64,000 bases of DNA from Escherichia coli (GTDB lineage: Bacteria > Pseudomonadota > Gammaproteobacteria > Enterobacterales > Enterobacteriaceae), in the NCBI RefSeq assembly GCF_003019035.1, contig NZ_CP027447.1. One strand, written 5' to 3'. Under the pieces are notes generated by a model. That model saw nothing but the letters and a program-made list of their open reading frames with translations, was not told the origin of the DNA and made no database searches. Shown here in pieces: positions 27,356-34,315 of this stretch (positions are counted from its first letter, which is position 1; each line of letters begins with the position of its first letter). The translations under genes and the position numbers were made by a program.

Positions 27356-29125
27356 TCAGTTGCCGTTAACAATGCTGATAACGCTGCTGCGGGCCGGCGT
27401 GGTCAGCGTGGCCATGACTTCATCCAGTGCGGCTTCCGGTACGCCGTCCGGGTACTGTGCCGTTAACTGGCGGTAATGTTCCGGCGTCCAGGTAAGGCCG
27501 TCGGCGCTGAACTTATCGCGCAGGGCTTTCGCGGCCTCCACATGAGTCATGGGACGTTGTTCAGTGCGCGGTCTGCGTACATCAGAGGCCTGACCGCGCT
27601 TCGGTATACAGGCCGGAAGTGTGGCGTCATCAATATGTTTATACGGGTCAAGCCGCCCGCCGAACGGCAGCGCCTTCGCCTTGCGTGCGGCAGCTGCATC
27701 TGCGGCGTTGTCTGTACCGGTGACCAGCGCTTCGGTTTCTTTTGCCGCCGTCTGTGCCGGTGTTTCCGGCAGGGCTTTGTAACTTTCGCCAAATACCGCC
27801 GCGCCTTCAGCAAAGCCAAACTCGTTCTTTCTGACCTCTTCGACCAGGAAGAACGTCTCGTGGCCGTCCTCACCGGTCAGAACCACCTGTGCCACATCGC
27901 TGCGCCATGGGTTACGGGTAATCATCAGTTTTTCACCAACCAGTACGCCCGGTACCGTTGATACGTCAAATTCAGTGCCCCGGAACGAGACACGAAGTTT
28001 TGGCGTGACTTTGCGGAGTTCTGGTGTCGTCACAGCCAGTTCACGGCATACCTCAACGGAAGGCGCTTTTTTCAGCTGCTCAGCAGTAATCTTCAGCCAG
28101 ATATCCGTGCGGGTTTTACCGTGGCGGCTGTGAACAGCTGTTGCGTTAAAGTGGCTACGCCATTTCGCGGCCAGCGCGTTGAGTTCTTCCAGACTGTGAA
28201 CCGGCCGGAACTTCAGACCCGGCTCCAGCTTGCGTTCGATAATGTCACGCGCCTTTTCCACCTGTCCGGTGGCGCGGGCGTTATGCGGCTTGTGCGCTAT
28301 CAGGTCGATGCCCAGTGAGCGGCACATGTTTTTCGTCATACCCGCGGTGTTTGCCGAGCCGGGGTCGAGATAGAGTATTTTCGGCACGCCGTGCAGCACG
28401 TCTGCGCCGCCACGCTCCTGCATGGCGTTGATAAGCACAGAACACAGGTTCTCACCGGATTCCGCACCCGTCACATACTCAACGTAAATCCAGCCGCTGG
28501 CATGGTCGGTAATCTCGTAACTCCACACGCGGTCACTGGCGATACGGGCAAGGTTAGCGGGCTTGTTCTTGTAGAACTTCGCGCTGTCCATCACCTGCAG
28601 CCCTTTGTGTCCATTGCTCAGGTAGTAAAGCGTGCAGAGAGAGGCATCAATCTGCCAGACATGATTGGGATGCAGACTGGCCACTTCGGTATGCGGCGCA
28701 GGGGCATCCAGTTGTTCCGGGTGCAGGCCATAGTTACGCAGGGCACGGCTGATAGCATCTTCGGACAACGGGAAAAACTCACCGGTGGTTTCATCTGTTC
28801 TGCCTGCGGAGATAAAGCCGTTAGCCCGCAGGGTTTCCACTGCATCTGCGATGGAATAGAGACGCTTACCGTTCTTGCGGGTGGCCTCACGTAGTGTGGC
28901 AGATATCAGCGCGGCTTCGTCGCGGGTCAGGGCGCTGCGCCCGGCATCGGCGCGTTTTTTGCGTTTATCAGTCACAGAGACCTCCTTCAGCCTGCGCAGC
29001 AGAGTGGCGCGGGACATGCCAAGTTCAGCACAGGCGGCGTCATATATTGCACCACGTTTACCATGCCCCGCGTCACGTGCCGCGCGGGCGACATAAACCA
29101 GTCGTTCAGTCAGGGCAGCATTCAT
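27356..29125 (-). CDS. Mu-type DDE transposase (589 aa)
   Basis: It has an N-terminal HTH and an rve-like core (HPNHVWQIDASLCTLYY..., LDPGSANTAG). Its position upstream of the MuB-like gene fits. Confidence 0.9.
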   Translation of the reverse strand: MNAALTERLVYVARAARDAGHGKRGAIYDAACAELGMSRATLLRRLKEVSVTDKRKKRADAGRSALTRDEAALISATLREATRKNGKRLYSIADAVETLRANGFISAGRTDETTGEFFPLSEDAISRALRNYGLHPEQLDAPAPHTEVASLHPNHVWQIDASLCTLYYLSNGHKGLQVMDSAKFYKNKPANLARIASDRVWSYEITDHASGWIYVEYVTGAESGENLCSVLINAMQERGGADVLHGVPKILYLDPGSANTAGMTKNMCRSLGIDLIAHKPHNARATGQVEKARDIIERKLEPGLKFRPVHSLEELNALAAKWRSHFNATAVHSRHGKTRTDIWLKITAEQLKKAPSVEVCRELAVTTPELRKVTPKLRVSFRGTEFDVSTVPGVLVGEKLMITRNPWRSDVAQVVLTGEDGHETFFLVEEVRKNEFGFAEGAAVFGESYKALPETPAQTAAKETEALVTGTDNAADAAAARKAKALPFGGRLDPYKHIDDATLPACIPKRGQASDVRRPRTEQRPMTHVEAAKALRDKFSADGLTWTPEHYRQLTAQYPDGVPEAALDEVMATLTTPARSSVISIVNGN

Positions 29126-29128
29126 TGG

Positions 29129-30043
29129 TTATGCCTCCAGCCCGTTAATCTGTGGCGTCGGCTCAGTCAGCCATGAAGGCGCGACATCGCCTGTTGGCTC
29201 GTCCGGCAGGTCAAATGTGGAGCGCAGGCTACGCGCTGTGCTTTCCAGTTGACAGACCAGGCCTGCCATGAAGTCTCTGGGGGTATCAATCATGTTTTCA
29301 GCACAATATGCGCACAGCGTCTCAAAAGCGCTGGACAGTCGAACGGCGATAGCAGATTCCGCCTCAACCGCTAATGCTGTCACTTCCGCCCGCAGCTTCT
29401 TAACCTCTTCATCAGGCTCAGGCGGCTGAATACGGGATTTCTTCTCCAGTTTTGTGGAAAGCGAGTCGATTTTTTCGTTTTTGTCGGCCAGCACGCGCTG
29501 TTGTGCTGCGTTGGTTTCGCGGGCTTCGCGCAGGGCCTGACGCAATTCACGTACTGACATGCGATCAACGTCGTCAAGCGTCAGGCCGGCAACTGTGCCG
29601 CCGTCGGCCAATTCATCAAGTTCTTCATTATCCAGAACCATCAGGTCGTACAGTTTGGCTTTCCCCAAAACGCTCAACGTTGAGCGTTTTGTTGGCTCAT
29701 CACCTTCTCCCAAAAACTTCATACTGGCTTGCATCATGCGGCGAGCAACTTGTGGTGCAAGTCCGAGTTCATTTTCTAAAATGTTTGTAAAATCACCGTG
29801 TGGCTCATTTTCTTTTAAGATGATCAGCCGTTTACCCGCTTCCAGCATAGATTCAGCACTCTGCGCCATATAAAAACGTGCTTCGTGAACAATGCGATCA
29901 CGTTCATAAGGCAGTCCATCACCAAACTGCTGCATAATTTCCATGCGATGCTGTGTCATAGCGTTCAAATTGACATTGATGTTATCTGACAGCGGAACCT
30001 CAACATTCAGTTCAGTGTTAACGGGTGATTTGGTGCGTCCCAT
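29129..30043 (-). CDS. DUF3102-like coiled-coil early protein (304 aa)
   Basis: It is a conserved partner upstream of the transposase in Mu-like elements (from memory). It has a central coiled coil. Function unknown. Confidence 0.6.
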   Translation of the reverse strand: MGRTKSPVNTELNVEVPLSDNINVNLNAMTQHRMEIMQQFGDGLPYERDRIVHEARFYMAQSAESMLEAGKRLIILKENEPHGDFTNILENELGLAPQVARRMMQASMKFLGEGDEPTKRSTLSVLGKAKLYDLMVLDNEELDELADGGTVAGLTLDDVDRMSVRELRQALREARETNAAQQRVLADKNEKIDSLSTKLEKKSRIQPPEPDEEVKKLRAEVTALAVEAESAIAVRLSSAFETLCAYCAENMIDTPRDFMAGLVCQLESTARSLRSTFDLPDEPTGDVAPSWLTEPTPQINGLEA

Positions 30044-30053
30044 TGATTACTCC

Positions 30054-30362
30054 TTACAAACGACTACCTGAAATAACTCGTTGGTTGATTTCGTTAATAC
30101 GATCCTGTGCACGCGCCATCTCGTGACTGTGAGCCATGGCGATCTGTAGTAACTGGATTCCCGGTGCGAAACGTCCGTTCTCTAATTTCATGGCCAGTCC
30201 CTCTTCAATAAGGGTATTAAGTGCTCGATTGATATTCGCCGGGGACTCCCCCAGGGCTGATGCCAGTTCACCGTTAGAAACACCGTTCAGAGCATGACCG
30301 CGTAGAGCTTTGAGTACACGTAGGATGCGGCTCCCGGAACTGGAAATATTTACTTTACTCAT
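30054..30362 (-). CDS. winged-helix (IclR-N/MarR-like) DNA-binding protein
   Basis: SRILRVLKALRGHALNGVSNGELASALGESPANINRALNTLIEEGL. An alternative start at 30425 would overlap the end of the ner-like gene. Confidence 0.6.
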   Translation of the reverse strand: MSKVNISSSGSRILRVLKALRGHALNGVSNGELASALGESPANINRALNTLIEEGLAMKLENGRFAPGIQLLQIAMAHSHEMARAQDRINEINQRVISGSRL

Positions 30363-30382
30363 GTCACATTTCCATTTTTGCA

Positions 30383-30693
30383 ATATGTGATAACCTGTTG
30401 CATATGTGGAAAATTTATGCCGCATTTGACGTGGGTTTTAATCCCAGTTTTACGGCAATTTCATGGGCTTTGCCGTAACGAGCTTTGGTCTGTCCATTGA
30501 GAACACGATAGACCTCATTGCGGCTGTAGCCGTGTTCTTCGGCCCAGCGGGTAAACGTGATACCACGCTGACGGAAGAGATTTTTAACTTGTTCGGAAGT
30601 CATTGTTGTCTCCTTTGTTGATGCAATGATGTTTGTTTTATATGTGATAGATTATGTGAACTATTGTTCTCATTGTCAATGAGGTTTATGTGA
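30383..30693. promoter_or_regulatory. five copies of WTATGTGR (candidate repressor/Ner operators)
   Basis: ATATGTGA at 30383 and 30640, ATATGTGG at 30402, TTATGTGA at 30652 and 30686. All five read the same way on the + strand, and the last overlaps the repressor GTG start. Confidence 0.5.
30415..30603 (-). CDS. Ner/Cro-like small HTH regulator, first gene of the early operon
   Basis: 62 aa (ITFTRWAEEHGYSRNEVYRVLNGQTKARYGKAHEIAVKLGLK), divergent from the repressor gene. Confidence 0.7.
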   Translation of the reverse strand: MTSEQVKNLFRQRGITFTRWAEEHGYSRNEVYRVLNGQTKARYGKAHEIAVKLGLKPTSNAA

Positions 30694-31115
30694 ATTTTGA
30701 TTCTCTTTGCGCGTCGCGGTTCAAAGCTGAGCGTTCGCGGTTATCACTCAAGCAGGCTGAAGTAGCAGCCCTTTGTGGCGTTTCAAGAGAAATGTGGGGG
30801 AAATATGAACGAGGGGTTGCTGTTCCCGGAGGTGAGTTACTTGCAGCCTTTGCAAGAATTGGGGCCAATGTACAGTTCATTCTTACCGGGGAGTCATCAG
30901 GTATAACTTTATCACGTGATGAAATGGAGTTACTGCAGCACTACCGGCAAGCACCGTTACAGGTCAAAGGTTCAGTTTTGTCGGCTTTGACTACTGGCTC
31001 CTCCAGAGAACGGGCGGAACAGGTTATTCATGGAGATGTTCTGGGGAATGTTATCAAAGGTAACGTAACCATAGGAACAGGTGGAATAATGAACAAAAAT
31101 ACCAAGAGAAGATGA
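30690..31115 (+). CDS. XRE-family HTH protein, probable prophage repressor (c analogue)
   Basis: GTG start with GAGG upstream. HTH LSLKQAEVAALCGVSREMWGKYERG. Divergent from the early operon. The C-terminal tail is VIHGDVLGNVIKGNVTIGTGG. Confidence 0.75.
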   Translation: MNFDSLCASRFKAERSRLSLKQAEVAALCGVSREMWGKYERGVAVPGGELLAAFARIGANVQFILTGESSGITLSRDEMELLQHYRQAPLQVKGSVLSALTTGSSRERAEQVIHGDVLGNVIKGNVTIGTGGIMNKNTKRR

Positions 31116-32098
31116 GTAAAGAGAAGCAAACAGTTAACGGGGATGTGGGTAACGTTGTCAGCGGTGATGTTACCATTCATAACTATTCTGCTGACATACT
31201 TCCTTCTGCCCAGCAACCAATTTCGTTGCTGCAAAAACGCGATTTACACAGATTGATGGATGAATTGGTTGATCTGGGGGAAAGTAAGCGCGAGCTATGG
31301 ATGACGATCCACACGAAACTTAATACCAAAACAGTTAATGAAATGACTGCGGCTGATTATCATGGTGCGGTTGAGATCCTTCAGAGATATGCACAACAGA
31401 TCCAGAATATGAAGGACTGTAATCTTCTGGTCAGCAAAATAATGGCGCTTACTGACCCTGGGTATCGTCTTGACCGTGACAGATACTGTCTGAAGCATTT
31501 CGGTACAACCCATCTTAAAGGCCTGGACAAAGAGCAGTTGCAGGCTGTGTTTGGTTATTTTGATGATCTGCTGAATATTCGTGATGAGAGTAAAACTCTA
31601 TCACCTCCATCGGAAAGCGGTGCAAAATCAGTCGCAACTGTACCAACCAGAAGCCGGAAGCCTCATGTAGTAGTGTTGGGGGGAGCGTTAGTTCTTGTAG
31701 CAATATTTTTCGTGGGAATGATTGTGTTCGCTGGTAAATGGGGAAATGCTAAAGCAGTAGCTTCTACTGAAACCAGCGTTTTTAACATTAAAACCAACGA
31801 CAAAATAATAGAAGATTCCATCCCCGCACTGCGCAGCATGTTTCCAGGATTAAATAAGTACTCAGATGATTTCCATTCGGTTTCAAGCTACAAGCAAAAA
31901 ACGGGCTGGCATACCCTTAAATTTACTGTATCAGCAAAGGCATCCGTCCCCGAAAATTATAGTGTTAAGGGCAAGGTTTGTTACATTAACATAAACCCTG
32001 ATGGTAGTTATGCTCGGGTTTTGACTGCTCCATGTCGTTCACTGCTACTTGATCAGCAAAGCACTCCTGACAGTAAGTACCGTTTTATTCTTAAATAG
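31112..32098 (+). CDS. orphan 328-aa single-pass membrane protein coupled to the repressor gene
   Basis: ATGA overlap with the repressor stop. The N-terminus is VNGDVGNVVSGDVTIHNY, the TM segment is HVVVLGGALVLVAIFFVGMIVFAG, and about 110 aa follow it. The coding DNA is AT-rich. Confidence 0.7.
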   Translation: MSKEKQTVNGDVGNVVSGDVTIHNYSADILPSAQQPISLLQKRDLHRLMDELVDLGESKRELWMTIHTKLNTKTVNEMTAADYHGAVEILQRYAQQIQNMKDCNLLVSKIMALTDPGYRLDRDRYCLKHFGTTHLKGLDKEQLQAVFGYFDDLLNIRDESKTLSPPSESGAKSVATVPTRSRKPHVVVLGGALVLVAIFFVGMIVFAGKWGNAKAVASTETSVFNIKTNDKIIEDSIPALRSMFPGLNKYSDDFHSVSSYKQKTGWHTLKFTVSAKASVPENYSVKGKVCYININPDGSYARVLTAPCRSLLLDQQSTPDSKYRFILK

Positions 32099-32182
32099 AA
32101 AATAACAGCTGAATTACCATGGGAGCAGAAAAAAGACAAAGGCGATATCATGCTGCGTTCTAAAATTTTAATGTAAAAGGTG

Positions 32183-32290
32183 ATGAACATGGCAGGGATT
32201 CAGGTTATCGCAGGAAGTTTTCCTAAAGGGTGGGCAAGCATGGGGTTCGGTACCATCGTGTTTGCCACCAATCCATGGAACGATGGGTAA
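32183..32290 (+). CDS. possible 35-aa peptide ORF (weak call)
   Basis: MNMAGIQVIAGSFPKGWASMGFGTIVFATNPWNDG, with AAGG close upstream. It lies inside the region between the 328-aa gene and the terminator. Confidence 0.2.
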   Translation: MNMAGIQVIAGSFPKGWASMGFGTIVFATNPWNDG

Positions 32291-32338
32291 TGTCTGCATT
32301 TTCATAATCTGTAAGCCTTTTACAATTATTAAAAATAT

Positions 32339-32448
32339 GGCAGGCTAGTCTGGTCTCGCGAGACTGACTGAACCTCGGTCGGCTCACAGTGCATTCCTGT
32401 GGGACGATGGCCAGCCCGGCTTTCGGGTGCCGGGCTGGTCGTTCTTTC
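32339..32448 (+). ncRNA. candidate structured RNA / 3' UTR element ending in a terminator
   Basis: It contains the 12-nt palindrome GTCTCGCGAGAC, the hairpin CACAG-TGCATTC-CTGTG and a long terminal stem. No ORF on the + strand spans this stretch. The 5' end is a guess. Confidence 0.3.
32411..32448 (+). terminator. rho-independent terminator closing the repressor-side transcription unit
   Basis: CCAGCCCGG-CTTTCGGGTG-CCGGGCTGG followed by TCGTTCTTTC. The stem can be extended by GACGA/TCGTT. Confidence 0.6.
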
Positions 32449-32494
32449 ATGATGCGGCAGGGATAGTGGGATTTCTGTTAATGTGGTTTAGGGA

Positions 32495-32710
32495 TTATCC
32501 GGGGTGATTGTCTGCCTTTATCTGGTCCAGGGCATAAGTGATCCCTTCAGCAAAAACAGAAGTATCGAACTGCTTTTGTATTTCCTGAAAATGAACAGTG
32601 GCACGACAGATACTCAGTTCTCCGCGATGTAACCGGATAATATCTTCCAGAACATTGTTCACTGCTTCGGCACGGCGCTGATGTTCTGTTAACGTTAATC
32701 GGGGATTCAT
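32495..32710 (-). CDS. orphan 71-aa protein
   Basis: Strong SD (TAAGGAG, 6-nt spacer). Its ATG shares 2 nt with the ATG of the divergent 134-aa ORF. Confidence 0.55.
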   Translation of the reverse strand: MNPRLTLTEHQRRAEAVNNVLEDIIRLHRGELSICRATVHFQEIQKQFDTSVFAEGITYALDQIKADNHPG

Positions 32711-33113
32711 GATGCACTCCTTAAATGATGATTTTTATGTACTCACCGGCAAAATATTCTGCCGATTACTGAACACGCATCCGGCACCTCAGGTTTTGAT
32801 TTATTCTGGTTTTTTCGATATCCCGGACCAGGTTGATCACGACCAGAAAAAGTGCCGGTATTTTATTGATACGCTGATATGGCTTCGGGATAACAGCTAT
32901 ATTCGTTACTCTCAGTTGCTGGCTGTGGGAGCGGCTGATGTCGTCCTCACGGAAAAAACGCTCTGTCTGCTCAATGCCATGCCGACCTTTCTGCAGCCCC
33001 GGCCCGTACCATTTAAAGAGTTGCTTCTGGATGCAGTAAAAACCGGCGAAAATGCAGTCATCGCTGAATGCGTATCCCGGATTATGCGTTACGTGTTTAA
33101 TGAACGTAAGTGA
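32709..33113 (+). CDS. orphan 134-aa protein, possibly winged-helix-like
   Basis: Coding-like codon pattern with GGGGA upstream. The segment IDTLIWLRDNSYIRYSQ...VVLTEKTLCLLN loosely resembles a wHTH recognition helix and wing. That reading is an inference. Confidence 0.55.
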   Translation: MMHSLNDDFYVLTGKIFCRLLNTHPAPQVLIYSGFFDIPDQVDHDQKKCRYFIDTLIWLRDNSYIRYSQLLAVGAADVVLTEKTLCLLNAMPTFLQPRPVPFKELLLDAVKTGENAVIAECVSRIMRYVFNERK

Positions 33114-33832
33114 GGTTTATCTGCTGTCTGCATAATCCCGATAGCCAGTGCGAGGGGAAGTAATTCCGGGGAAACTCTTTCAAACAGCGATGCCCATTCT
33201 CCTCTCGCCATCACTCTGTCCAGCCCGCCCCCCAGCTGCATTTCAGCAATCTTCCTGATTTCCCGGAACAACGCCGCTTTGATCTCTTCATGCTCAGCTT
33301 TATTTTCCGGTGTCAGAATGTATTCGTCGAAGAACCGGGGAGGCTGGTTAACGGGGATTGTGTTTACCGGGATGTGTTCCTGTTTCCCGTACTTCGGGGA
33401 CGAACAACATTCTGTTGGCTGACCGGTGAGTTTACGTAACTCCTTCATGAGCAGCTCCTGATCGTAAACTGTCATCAGTGCCGCAATGGTGGCATGCAGT
33501 GCATCGGGCAGTATCCAGGGTTGCCGGCCCGTGGGGCATATAACATCCAGTAGCTCATTCGTCCGACAGATACGCTCCTCTCCGTATGACAACAGGCCCT
33601 GTCCCGTGTATTCCTCCAGCCTGATCACTGTGCCAGCCCGTGGCTTCTGCCAGGTCGTCAGATCATCGCCACTCATACGGCGCTCATTCTCCACGTCAGC
33701 AGCATCGACAATGACGCTGTTTCCGAGTTCCTGTTTCACCACTTCCTCTATCCGCGCCAGTACGTAACTTTTACCGCTGCCCACAGGACCGGACACGGTG
33801 ACAGTGATGACCGGATTCAGTGTATGTGTCAT
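33089..33832 (-). CDS. orphan 247-aa P-loop protein
   Basis: Walker A VSGPVGSGKSYVL at residues 13-25 and a possible Walker B SVIVDAAD. SD GAGGAG. Divergent from the lysis genes, and its 3' end overlaps the 134-aa ORF by 25 nt. Confidence 0.7.
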   Translation of the reverse strand: MTHTLNPVITVTVSGPVGSGKSYVLARIEEVVKQELGNSVIVDAADVENERRMSGDDLTTWQKPRAGTVIRLEEYTGQGLLSYGEERICRTNELLDVICPTGRQPWILPDALHATIAALMTVYDQELLMKELRKLTGQPTECCSSPKYGKQEHIPVNTIPVNQPPRFFDEYILTPENKAEHEEIKAALFREIRKIAEMQLGGGLDRVMARGEWASLFERVSPELLPLALAIGIMQTADKPHLRSLNT

Positions 33833-33904
33833 GTTGCATTCTCCTCTGTGAATAATTCATCGTTTATCCTGCACATCCCGTATCCCCGGCTCTCTTAACG
33901 CGCT

Positions 33905-33943
33905 TTAAAATCCTTCGCGCCCTGTATTTGTGATGCTGTCTCC
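33905..33943 (+). promoter_or_regulatory. late-promoter-like bipartite motif, copy 1 (upstream of the lysis genes)
   Basis: TTAAAATC at 33905 and CTGTCTCC at 33936, with 31-nt start-to-start spacing. TAAAAT is -10-like, no -35 is evident, and a C-tract lies upstream. Confidence 0.4.
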
Positions 33944-33962
33944 ACCAGACAAGGAGACACAC

Positions 33963-34313
33963 ATGAAAAACCTGAAAAAATTCATTCCCCCTGTTAAAAA
34001 ACCTCGCCTCAGCGGCTGGCTGCTGACCTCAGTGCTGTTGCTGGGCACCATCGCTCTGGTCTCGCCACAGCAGCTGCCTGTTGTGATCTACAAGCTGGCA
34101 CTCATCACGCTGGCAGCAGTGCTGGGTTACTGGCTTGACCGTTCACTCTTCCCCAAAGCCCGTCCCGGTCAGTACCTGAAACATGAAGACAGGCTGATGG
34201 CTGAAGGGCGTTTCCCTGTGCAGACCGGCCTTCACCTTGTATTTTCTGCTGCGTTAATCCGCCGTGCACTGATTGTTGCAGCGGTCTGTCTGGCTGTGGC
34301 AACAGGACTGTGA
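33963..34313 (+). CDS. putative holin (116 aa, 3 TM)
   Basis: SD AAGGAG. MKNLKKF... has three hydrophobic segments. It is the first gene of the lysis cassette, so the call is by position and topology. Confidence 0.6.
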   Translation: MKNLKKFIPPVKKPRLSGWLLTSVLLLGTIALVSPQQLPVVIYKLALITLAAVLGYWLDRSLFPKARPGQYLKHEDRLMAEGRFPVQTGLHLVFSAALIRRALIVAAVCLAVATGL

Positions 34314-34315
34314 CC

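Noticed and set aside
32223-32450. 75-aa minus-strand ORF in the non-coding stretch of the island
   Set aside because: It has no SD upstream, runs straight through the terminator stem and the palindromes, and has an Arg/Cys/Trp-rich composition. It is more likely a by-product of RNA-structure-forming sequence.
32099-32450. Possibility that the structured region is a retron msr/msd, a CRISPR remnant or a type III toxin-antitoxin RNA
   Set aside because: No reverse transcriptase gene, cas gene, spaced direct-repeat array or tandem RNA repeats are present in the island or in the rest of the window.
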